The position numbers and the translations under genes were made by a program. Under the pieces are notes generated by a model, which saw only the letters and a program-made list of their open reading frames with translations, had not been told where the DNA came from and made no database searches. Shown piece by piece: positions 26,701 to 34,739 of a DNA stretch of 64,000 nt. The stretch is from Prosthecobacter debontii (GTDB lineage Bacteria > Verrucomicrobiota > Verrucomicrobiia > Verrucomicrobiales > Akkermansiaceae): assembly GCA_945869465.1 (NCBI GenBank), contig CAMBPB010000002.1:27874-91873 (forward strand). The letters are read 5' to 3'. How positions within the stretch are numbered: the first letter of the stretch is position 1; each line of letters opens with the position of its first letter.

Positions 26701-29700
26701 TTGTAAATGCGCAGACGCATCTCCGGGGTGGGAAAACCGACGTGCGCGGCGGGTTTGGGCGCGGGGAACTCGCCCAGGCTGAACCAGAACCGGCCGTCGT
26801 GACTGCCGCGCGCGCGCATGCGGACCGGCGCTTCCTGTTCGGCATCGGGTGTTGTTAGGACGACGGATTCGACCGGCCGGAGTTCCTTCATATCGACCGA
26901 GAGCGACTTCGGCGCTGCGCCGTCCGGTTCGCTGCGCCAGAAGGTTTTCAAGTCGTGATCGATGGCCATGAGTGGGCTGTGATCGAGGGCCGAATCGGAG
27001 GCCTTCGCGCCGGCCGGGAGTTCGCCGGTGCGGACCGTGCCCTGGAAAACGCCGCCATGCTGGCTTTGTTCCTCGATCCCGAGCTGCACTTCGTCGCCGC
27101 TGGAGGCGGTGAGCTTGATGCCGACTTTGTCCGGATTTGCAGTGAGATCGCGGTCACCGTCCTCGACCTGCACGTAGATCAGGTTGCCGGGTTTGATTTG
27201 GTCCTTGGGACGCGCGGCGGAGCGCGACTGTGCGACTTCGGTGCTGGCGACCTCCTGCTTCAGGGTATCGGTGAAGGTCGCTTCAGGCTCGTTGAGGATT
27301 TCGCTGCTGGCCACTTCAAGGTGGCCGTCGGAAGCGATCTGGAGGCGGGTGTTGCTGAGGAATTCGAACTGGAACTGCTTTTTAAAATCCTCTGGATAGT
27401 CCACCGTGATCGTGTCCCCGCCGGTGACTTGCAGCGTGCCGTCCTTGGGTTTCGCCTCGCCGAGGATGGTGGGAACCTCGGTGAGGAAGATGCCCTTGCC
27501 GGCACCGCCGCTGGTTAGAAACGATTCCTCATGATCGTTGCCGGGCTCGGTGCGGATGACCACCGGGATGCGGGTGTCGCCATGGCTGATGCCGAGATCG
27601 GAGTCCTGCACTACCACCGAGATCGCGGTGCCGGGGGTGTGCCAGAGTTTGGACTCCTGGCCGAGGCGGCCGACGGTGCGCAGGGTTTCAAGTTGTGTGA
27701 GGAAGCGCTGTTCGATCCCATACACCTCGGCGAGATTGAAGAGGGTTTCGTTGGCGAGATCGGCATCCGGGGCGTTTTCAAGAACGGAAAGAAAGATCCT
27801 GCGGGCCTCGTCGTGGTTGTCCTGGCGGAGCGAAACGACGCCGCGGAGGAAATTGGCGCGAATCGAGATCGCTGGAACCGGGCTCTCCGCCAGATCGGTG
27901 AAAATCTCCCCGGCCTGATCATAGACTTTCTGGGCCATGTAGGTTTCGCCGATGCCGAAGCGCGCGTTGACCGCCTCGGGCTGGTCCTTGTAAACGTTCA
28001 GGACGGTGGTGAACTCGGCGCGCGCGATGTCGAACTGCCCGGCCCGCTGATAGTTTTTAGCGAGCAGGAGCTGGATGCGCGCCTTGTCACGAATATCGAC
28101 GTTTTCCGCCGCGCCGAACTTGATCAACCATCCGCGCAGGATATCTTCGGCGCGTTCCTGGTCCTGCGGCGTGCCCTGGGAGATATGGAATTCGGCCGCG
28201 AACAGGATCAATTCAACTGGCAGCTCGGCACGATGGGCATCGAAGAGTTTGCGGTTTTGATCATAAGCTTGTTCGGCCAAGTCCGACTCGCCGAGCCGCA
28301 GATGGAGGACGACCTGCAGCAGCGGGGCGATCGGGCTGTCCGAGGGAATGTCCGTGCTCAGGCTGCCCATCCTCGAGTAGGTCTTGCGGAGCAGGGCGCG
28401 GGCTTCGGTCATCTCGGCCTCGCCGACCGAGCGGATCGAGTTGAGCAGGCCGTTGAGAATGGCGGCGGCGAGCGTGTGGTCTTCGCGCGCCATGGCGGCC
28501 TGGGCAAACGGGAAGATCCGTTTCCATGACTCGTAATGGGGCTCTGCTGTTAGGATCAGGCGCTGGGTGTGCAGCAGGCGGTCGATGGAGCGGGGTTCGT
28601 CGTCTAGCAGTTCCATTCCGGCTTCGGCGCTGAGGCGGCCGAGGTCCAGGTCGCGGACGATGCGGAACACGCGGGCCTTTTGCCCGTCCGGCCAGTCCTT
28701 GGCGTTGCGGGCCGTCTCCAACCATCCGCGCGCCGGCCATTCGCCCATGCCCGCTGGCCGGAACGGCGACTGGGCGGCGCGGGTGATGGCGATTTTCAGA
28801 ATCGCCTCCATGGCCGGGAAATCGCTGGCGCGGAATGCGAGGTTGGCGATTTCACCGGCATAAGCTCCATGGAAATCGGTGTCGGCCTCGAAGCGGGATT
28901 GCAGGAATGATTTGGCTTGTGCTGCCTCTAGGGTGCCGGCGACACGGAGGGCGCAGGACACGGATTCAGAGTCGTTAGGATTCAGATCCATCCGCGAGCG
29001 CCACCAAGCCACGGCTTCCGTCTTCATGCCGAGCTCGTTGATGAGGTCGCCAAGGCGCGATGAATGGGTGAGCGGATAGAGACTCCCCCTGGACGACGCG
29101 GCGATCCACGGGATGGCTTGTTTGATGATGGCTTCATCCTTGGACTCGCAGAGGCGGAGCCAGGTGTCGGGCGGGATGTCGGCGGGAGGGAGCGTTAGGA
29201 GATGGTGGGCGGCGGTGAGCTGCATTTCGCGGTTGGCGAAACCGGCGGCTTCCAGCCAGCGGGCGGCGGCATCGAGATCCTTGGGAATCTCGCGGCAGAG
29301 GGTTTCGTAGTGTTTGGCGGCGACCTCCTTGGACTTGCCGCCGAGGTGGTGGCGATAGACGTAGGCAAGGCGGGCGAGCAGGCGCAGCCGGTTTTCGGGG
29401 GAGGGGGATTTATCTAGCAGTTCCTGGCAGGCCTGGCCGGATTTGCCTCCCTCCTCGCGGGTCTGGCGCCAGAGCCGGGCGATGCCGTCGTTCTGATAGT
29501 TCTTTTTCGCGGCCAGCCAATCGCGGTTGCGGTTCTTATCGGCGGGCGCGGGGTTCCAAACACGATCCTGAAATCCGCCGAGGTGCGGAAAGGCCTGGGC
29601 ACTGGCGGTGACCAGAGCGAGGTCCTTGCGAAACACCTCGTCGCTCGGCGCGGAGTCATACAGGGATTTGATGATCTCCTCGGACCAACTGTCCTCGGCG

Positions 29701-30899
29701 GGTGATTTTGCCAGGAACTCGCGGGCCGCGTCCCCGGCCTTGGCGGCGTCCTTCATGCGGTCGCGGTAAACATCCAGGGCCAGCACCGCGCGCAGCTTCG
29801 CCGCTCCCGCGGGATTTTTGCCGATCACCTTCAGCAGCCCCTGCTCGGCGCGGCTCGTATCGTCGCCGCACCACGTGACGTAGGCCCGCGGAATGTCGTG
29901 GCTTGTCACGTCGTGAAGCATCACCTCGTCGCCGATGGTTAGAGCGAGCGCCGTGTTTTTAGACTCGGCGGCGGCATGGGCGGCGCGGGCCAGGGGCTCG
30001 TAGCGATCGTCGCGGCGCGGATAGGCGGCGAGGTAGCGGCGGGCTTCGGCTTCGATGTCGGCGGGCGGTTTTTTCGCGGAGATCATCGCCGAGATCAAAC
30101 TGCGATGCGCCTCGTCGCGGCCGGGGGCGATGGCCTTGCGAAACGACTGGATGGCGTTTTCATGTTGCCCGAGTTGGGATTCAAACTGGCCGGTGCGGAA
30201 TCCGAGGTCGCGCTGGCGGCTTTCATTCATCGGGGCCTTGCGGCGGACGAGGGCCTTGGCGATTTGCAGGCCGTCGGCCCATTGTTCGGCGCGGCCGGCG
30301 GCATCCATGCCCTGAAAGCCAACGTCGGTTAGAGCCAGGTCGGCGGGAAGTTTGTCCACCAAGCCGATTGCCAGAGCGGTGGCCTGTTTGAAGGACGGCG
30401 CGTTGTTCGCCGCCATCCACAACCGGAGCGCGCGGATGCCTTGCCCGGCGTTGCCGCCATTCTGCCAGATATCCCGGCGCTGGGTGGCGGCGCCGGTGCC
30501 TCGGCCGCTGCGCTCGAAGGCGGTGGCCAGGCGATCGCGCGCTTCATTGGCTAGCGCGTGGGTGGGAAAGAGTTCGAGAAACTGGCGGCCGGTGGTGATG
30601 ACGTCATCGTGGCGGGCGGTGGCCGCGTAGCCATCGATCAACTTGAGCGTGACTTCCGCGCGGCGCGGGTGCTCGGTCTGGGCGCGCGAGAATTTCCCGG
30701 CGGTCCGGATCAGGCCGAAGACCTGGCCGTCCTGCCAGTAGAGATCGATGAGATCCAGCATCAGCTTGGCGCCGGCCGGCGAGGCCTCGGCGGTTTCCTT
30801 GAGGCGGGCTTCAAGATCGGGCGCCTTGTCGGCTGGGGCGGCGATGGCGTGGCTGCCCAGCACGAGCAGGAGGGTGAGTTGGCGGAAAAGTGTTTTCAA
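23775..30899 (-). CDS. Giant (2374 aa) secreted TPR protein with repeated beta-rich modules and F5/8C- and PA14-like segments
   Basis: TTG start overlapping the upstream TGA; signal peptide; TPR blocks; five DxDxD...GxF modules; AIDHDLKTFWRS...SLSVDM. Confidence 0.85.
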   Translation of the reverse strand: MKTLFRQLTLLLVLGSHAIAAPADKAPDLEARLKETAEASPAGAKLMLDLIDLYWQDGQVFGLIRTAGKFSRAQTEHPRRAEVTLKLIDGYAATARHDDVITTGRQFLELFPTHALANEARDRLATAFERSGRGTGAATQRRDIWQNGGNAGQGIRALRLWMAANNAPSFKQATALAIGLVDKLPADLALTDVGFQGMDAAGRAEQWADGLQIAKALVRRKAPMNESRQRDLGFRTGQFESQLGQHENAIQSFRKAIAPGRDEAHRSLISAMISAKKPPADIEAEARRYLAAYPRRDDRYEPLARAAHAAAESKNTALALTIGDEVMLHDVTSHDIPRAYVTWCGDDTSRAEQGLLKVIGKNPAGAAKLRAVLALDVYRDRMKDAAKAGDAAREFLAKSPAEDSWSEEIIKSLYDSAPSDEVFRKDLALVTASAQAFPHLGGFQDRVWNPAPADKNRNRDWLAAKKNYQNDGIARLWRQTREEGGKSGQACQELLDKSPSPENRLRLLARLAYVYRHHLGGKSKEVAAKHYETLCREIPKDLDAAARWLEAAGFANREMQLTAAHHLLTLPPADIPPDTWLRLCESKDEAIIKQAIPWIAASSRGSLYPLTHSSRLGDLINELGMKTEAVAWWRSRMDLNPNDSESVSCALRVAGTLEAAQAKSFLQSRFEADTDFHGAYAGEIANLAFRASDFPAMEAILKIAITRAAQSPFRPAGMGEWPARGWLETARNAKDWPDGQKARVFRIVRDLDLGRLSAEAGMELLDDEPRSIDRLLHTQRLILTAEPHYESWKRIFPFAQAAMAREDHTLAAAILNGLLNSIRSVGEAEMTEARALLRKTYSRMGSLSTDIPSDSPIAPLLQVVLHLRLGESDLAEQAYDQNRKLFDAHRAELPVELILFAAEFHISQGTPQDQERAEDILRGWLIKFGAAENVDIRDKARIQLLLAKNYQRAGQFDIARAEFTTVLNVYKDQPEAVNARFGIGETYMAQKVYDQAGEIFTDLAESPVPAISIRANFLRGVVSLRQDNHDEARRIFLSVLENAPDADLANETLFNLAEVYGIEQRFLTQLETLRTVGRLGQESKLWHTPGTAISVVVQDSDLGISHGDTRIPVVIRTEPGNDHEESFLTSGGAGKGIFLTEVPTILGEAKPKDGTLQVTGGDTITVDYPEDFKKQFQFEFLSNTRLQIASDGHLEVASSEILNEPEATFTDTLKQEVASTEVAQSRSAARPKDQIKPGNLIYVQVEDGDRDLTANPDKVGIKLTASSGDEVQLGIEEQSQHGGVFQGTVRTGELPAGAKASDSALDHSPLMAIDHDLKTFWRSEPDGAAPKSLSVDMKELRPVESVVLTTPDAEQEAPVRMRARGSHDGRFWFSLGEFPAPKPAAHVGFPTPEMRLRIYKTPAKNLRSTYTWDEIADLTKKLEPHENLKVERLAWEMPETSEEAFFLVWSGPFIQERDGGMRLGVSGKLTAIMFDGRLELPIGEGNRTVDVFAKRGVHELTIVSIVAAGTKSVEALRARENRQSSGVTMRPFTAADFNPAAAPDLPKIGVVPVDEIKHEANHWTLAMPARELRFIDFEFLEYRGEAIAVSNVEVSGGGAKHLPPAADVLELARNPILELAPGDTVRVSYLDELTAGAAQRNKLLTKDLSATYHNGGITPVGYDFARTGGGSVQGSRKELMRIGPGERIVAEVVDFDLDTGLDRDTVEVAVQVNAQPPIQVTATETGPSTGVFTAEIDTAAQPAKGKIVVKQGDKVYLRYLDKQNTFPGHAFHRETVVLLNQPTGAVIQIVESETPVAAAPRLIPVEGTRPPDHVSKIEYRLPLTVEVIDPDQAKDARSTVTIEVATNQGAKARVECVLSRAFASPNETMDESRNPALFEGRFVGQVPLLLGAAESAGALPAEGSLAGGRLGRVLPPDDGSNEDPPEEGAKQAPAGLHVLNVLGSDTITARYHDRARSGDPDTLLEAKAALFSAATLRLTDAEYLEDATIAHVGKKLFLLLDDPDGDTSGKRDKAMVRLVTASGEDETIELEETLTHSGVFSGSFPLKAAPKPTSGNFAGEIECFFGDDITVGYLDNVAQTPSGLPVIELKIPVAVGTDGEMAAFSKVYKDEDLAIQTQFHIAESHFELFKGHRKLKHAEEATADLQAGRRVLRELHEDYPNPKYAPRISYLLGQFAQEMQAWNEAIAAYGSIVRNHPEHNLAPDAQYKLGQCHEEAGELDEALEAYVTLAATYPKNPLIANVMLRINEHFYLKEEFAVAATVGGKFIERFPNHEWTPKMAFRIGQCHYKLEKFGKAGLAFDAFVKRFPEQELTAQALFWAGESYRMAKDIPNAFRRYNRCRWDFPESDAAKYSRGRLALPELLDQFEREANLNE

Positions 30900-33091
30900 A
30901 ATCCTGCTTTCTTGAGCGCTTCGACAATCTTGTTGGCTTCCGGGGCGATGGCGCTTTCCGGGTAATCGTTGATGAGTTGCTCGAAACGCCGCCGGGCTTC
31001 CGGCTTGCGATCAAGCTTGTAGAGGCAGCGCCCGTAGTTGAAGAGGATGACATCGAGGAAATTGGCGTCCGGGTGGTCCGAGAGCACGTTTTCAAACACA
31101 TCGACCGCCCGCTTGTAATCCTCCTTCTGATAGTAAAAAGCGGCCATCTTCGCGACCGCGTCGCCGACGCGTCCGGAATCGGGAAACTTCTCGTAAACCT
31201 GCTGATAGGCGAGGAAGGCCTTCTCGAAAAGCTGGCTGGATTGTTCCGCCACCGCCTTGAGAGCCATCGCTTCATAACATTCTCCGATGTAGAACTGGCC
31301 CTCGCCGCGAAGTTTGCTGTTCGGCAGTTTGGTGATGCTTGTGTAGAGGCTGATGGCCCGCAGGTGGTTCTCCCGCTTGCGTTCGACGTGGGCCTGCTGG
31401 AGCATCGCCTCGTCGATGAAGGCACTGGCGGGAAACTCGGCTAACAAGCGCCGGCTCATGCCGAGCGCGAGGTCGAGTTCATCCATGGCGAAGTAGATGC
31501 GCCAGAGCTGCACGTAGGTTTCCTCCAGCAGTTTTCCTCCCGCCCCGCGCGCCTGTTCGAGGATCTCCTCGCAAACTCCAAGCGCCTCGGTGTATTTCAA
31601 GTCGGCCTTGGCGTTGAGGCCGAATTCCTTGTAGTGGTTGCCAACTTCGGTTAGCGCCGTGGCGGTGCGGACTCTCGTTTTCAGGGCCAGTTCCTCGTCG
31701 GAAATGTCGGTGCGCGTCACCCGCACTTCGCCCAGGTTGCCCTCGATGATCCTGGCTTCGGCGGTCCGCACCAGCGGGCTTTGCCCGAGGTGGCGCTCGT
31801 CGAGGTAAACCAGGCGGATGGTCTGGCCGGGCTCGCCGGTCAGGGTGCCCTCGGCGGTGCCGGGACGCAGCGGCAGCGCGCAACGGAAGATTCCCGCCTG
31901 AGCGGTTTCCCGCAGGGTGACCGGGGTGCTGCGCACCATCACCAGCGGGTCGATCTGTTGTTTCATGTCCTCGCCATCGGCGCCTTCGGTGAGTTCCCCG
32001 CTGGCCACGCGCTTGGCGAGTTCGTCATCGATTTCATCGGTCGTTTTGCGCCGGAACACCTGCACTTCGGCGGCGATCGTGTCGGGCCCGGGCGTGGTGT
32101 CGTGGTCGGCGTCGGAAACCTGAAGGTGGAGCGGCTTGCCGAGCACCGCGGCCTGGATTTCCCGCTGATAGGATCCGTCCGTGATGCGGGCCAGTCCGTT
32201 GCCCACGACGACGACCTCCTTGAGGCGCTTCTGGTCGAAGGTCTTGCCGGCGGTGTGGGCGTCGGTGTAGGTCACGCTGACGGTGTCGCCGCCGCGGACC
32301 TCGAGGACTCCGTTGTTAGGGGCACGCGGGCCGAGGGTGGTGGCGATTCCGCCGAGGGCCATCCGGGCGTTGCGCCCGACCAACTCGCAGGGCACCGTTT
32401 CCTCATCGCCACTCTGGGTTGTGCAGCGGACTTTCACCTGTTCCCCGACCGGCAGGATCGCGAAATCCTGGTCGTCGATTTTGATATGGAGGCGCTTGCC
32501 GGCCTCCACCTTGTCGATTTTCGAATCCTCGATGGAGAGGGCGGTGCCGACTTTTTCGAGGGCCTCGATGGCGCGGCTGTAGTGGCCGAGTTTGAAGTGG
32601 CCGAGACCGATGTAGTAATACGCCTCGTTGACCTGCGTGGAAGCGGGGAAACGCTCGATCACATCGCGCATGATGGTGAAGCACTTGCCGTAGTTGGCGG
32701 ACTCGTAGTAACAGGTGCCGGTCTTCAGATAGGCATAGGCGCGGCGCTCGTCGTTTTCGTTGCCTTCCACCGCCGCGGCTTCGTAATGGAGGCGGGCCTT
32801 GTCGTAATCGCGCGTTTCCTTGAGCAGGTGATCGGCGAGGCGCAGGTGCGCGTCGAAACGAACCTGGCTGCGCGGGTAGCGCTCGACGACGGATTCCCAA
32901 ATCTCCAGCGCCTTTTCGTTTTCGCCAACCTCGCGGCGGGCATCACCCGCCTGCAACAACTTGCGGGCCGCGCGGTCCTCGATGATCGACCCCCGCTCGG
33001 CGGCGGGCGGGGCTGGTTCGGCCGCCGGCAAGGGGAGTGCGAGGACTACGGAAAGAATTATGAAGAGAAGCGAATTAGACATTTTTTGCAT
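30896..33091 (-). CDS. Secreted TPR protein (731 aa) with two of the same beta-rich modules
   Basis: Signal peptide; TPRs at both ends; DQDFAILP and DADHDTTPGPDTI modules. Confidence 0.85.
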   Translation of the reverse strand: MQKMSNSLLFIILSVVLALPLPAAEPAPPAAERGSIIEDRAARKLLQAGDARREVGENEKALEIWESVVERYPRSQVRFDAHLRLADHLLKETRDYDKARLHYEAAAVEGNENDERRAYAYLKTGTCYYESANYGKCFTIMRDVIERFPASTQVNEAYYYIGLGHFKLGHYSRAIEALEKVGTALSIEDSKIDKVEAGKRLHIKIDDQDFAILPVGEQVKVRCTTQSGDEETVPCELVGRNARMALGGIATTLGPRAPNNGVLEVRGGDTVSVTYTDAHTAGKTFDQKRLKEVVVVGNGLARITDGSYQREIQAAVLGKPLHLQVSDADHDTTPGPDTIAAEVQVFRRKTTDEIDDELAKRVASGELTEGADGEDMKQQIDPLVMVRSTPVTLRETAQAGIFRCALPLRPGTAEGTLTGEPGQTIRLVYLDERHLGQSPLVRTAEARIIEGNLGEVRVTRTDISDEELALKTRVRTATALTEVGNHYKEFGLNAKADLKYTEALGVCEEILEQARGAGGKLLEETYVQLWRIYFAMDELDLALGMSRRLLAEFPASAFIDEAMLQQAHVERKRENHLRAISLYTSITKLPNSKLRGEGQFYIGECYEAMALKAVAEQSSQLFEKAFLAYQQVYEKFPDSGRVGDAVAKMAAFYYQKEDYKRAVDVFENVLSDHPDANFLDVILFNYGRCLYKLDRKPEARRRFEQLINDYPESAIAPEANKIVEALKKAGF

Positions 33092-33110
33092 ATTGTTCTG
33101 CTTGTGCCAA

Positions 33111-33461
33111 CTAATTCTCCGTAAAAATCCTTACTGACAGCGGGATGAATGGCAGAGTCATTCCGAAAATATAAACGGTGATGAAGACGATTGAGATGCT
33201 CAAAGTCAGGGTGACAGTAAGTAGGCTTAGTTCGAAGCTCTTGCGGGATCTTGCGCTGTGAAATACGGCCCACGCAAACAGTGGCAGAGGAAAGAGGTAA
33301 ATCAGAACGGCATCGGGGTAAAATGCCTTTGAAATCATCGGAAGCTCCATCGATGACGATCGATGGAACGATCCGATCTCAGAGGCAAGAACATGGCAAA
33401 CGAACGCGGTTAAAGATGCCGCGATCACGGAAAGCCAGACACTGGTGAGCCGGAGCATCAT
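33111..33461 (-). CDS. Small multi-TM hypothetical protein with atypical, AT-richer composition
   Basis: MMLRLTSVWLSVIAASLTAFVCHVL...FGMTLPFIPL; exactly fills the gap between two operon genes. Confidence 0.6.
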   Translation of the reverse strand: MMLRLTSVWLSVIAASLTAFVCHVLASEIGSFHRSSSMELPMISKAFYPDAVLIYLFPLPLFAWAVFHSARSRKSFELSLLTVTLTLSISIVFITVYIFGMTLPFIPLSVRIFTEN

Positions 33462-33465
33462 GGTC

Positions 33466-34722
33466 TCAGCCGAACAGCTCGTGGATCGGATTGGCCTCCT
33501 TGCGGACGAGGCGCATCGGGCGGCCTTGGGGGGTGATGATTTCCTTGTCGAGTTTGATGCCCAGCGCGAGGCAGAGCGAGGCGTGGAGATCGGCGACGTT
33601 GACGGGGCGCTCGGCGGGTTCCATGCCGTCCTCGTCGGAGGCGCCGATGATGGTGCCGCCCTTGATGCCACCGCCGGCCATCAGGCAACTGAAGCAGCGC
33701 GCCCAGTGGTCGCGGCCGGCGCCTTCGTTGATGCGCGGGGTGCGGCCGAATTCGCTGAGCACGACCACCAGCGTTTTTGCTAACAAGCCGTTGGCCTTGA
33801 GGTCGGAGAGCAGCGAGGCGATGCCGGGGTCCATGGCCGCGCCGTGCGCCCGCATGGCCTGGAAGATGTTGCCGTGGTTGTCGAAGCCGCCGCGGTTGAC
33901 CTGCACGAAGCGCACGCCTTTTTCGACGAGGCGTCTTGCCAACAGCGCGCCGCGGCCGAACTCGGTGTTGCCGTAACGTTCGATGGTCTGGGGCTTTTCC
34001 TCATCGAGTTCGAAGGCTTTCAGCGCGGGGCTTTCCATCAGGGCGACGGCATCCTTGAGCGCGGTTTCGGAGGCTTTCATTTCGCTGGCACCCACGCTGC
34101 CGGAAGTCCGGGCGTTCATGCGCTCGAGGATCTGGAGCCGCTGCATTCCCCGGGCGTGACTGATGCCCTCGGGAAACGCGAGGTAGGGGTCCTTTTCGCC
34201 GGGGCGTCCGACGAAGTAGGCCTCGCATTGCTGGCCGAGGTATCCGGCGCGCGACGCCTGGCCGCTGATGCTGACAAAGGCGGGCAGGTCGCCTAACGGT
34301 TCGCGCTCGTGGACCACGATCGAGCCGAGTCCGGGATGGAGGATGTTGGGCGACTGGCCGAAGCCGGTCTGGAGTTCATACTGGGCGCGGCCGTGGTCGC
34401 CATTGGTGCCGGCGATCGAGCGGATGAGCGCGGCATGGTGCATCTGCTTGGCGAGTTGCGGGAAAATCTCCGAGATTTCCATGCCGCTGACGGAGGTCTT
34501 GATCGGCGCGAACTCGCCCTGGACCTTGCGGCCGGGTTTCGGGTCCCAGGTGTCGAGGTGGCTCATGCCGCCGCTGTTCCAGAACAGGATCACGTGTTCG
34601 GCGCTGGCCTGGCCGGGCACCGTGCGGGCCAGCAACTCGCTGATCGGCATGCCGAGGATCGACGCGCTGAACATCTTCAGCATCCGGCGGCGGGTGATCT
34701 GGTAATCGGTGCAGGCGTTCAT
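33466..34722 (-). CDS. DUF1501 family protein with Tat-like signal
   Basis: ITRRRMLK; GGMSHLDTWDPK, LARRLVEKGVRFVQV, SEFGRTPRIN, GRDHW. Confidence 0.93.
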   Translation of the reverse strand: MNACTDYQITRRRMLKMFSASILGMPISELLARTVPGQASAEHVILFWNSGGMSHLDTWDPKPGRKVQGEFAPIKTSVSGMEISEIFPQLAKQMHHAALIRSIAGTNGDHGRAQYELQTGFGQSPNILHPGLGSIVVHEREPLGDLPAFVSISGQASRAGYLGQQCEAYFVGRPGEKDPYLAFPEGISHARGMQRLQILERMNARTSGSVGASEMKASETALKDAVALMESPALKAFELDEEKPQTIERYGNTEFGRGALLARRLVEKGVRFVQVNRGGFDNHGNIFQAMRAHGAAMDPGIASLLSDLKANGLLAKTLVVVLSEFGRTPRINEGAGRDHWARCFSCLMAGGGIKGGTIIGASDEDGMEPAERPVNVADLHASLCLALGIKLDKEIITPQGRPMRLVRKEANPIHELFG

Positions 34723-34739
34723 GGTTTTGAAAGGTGATG

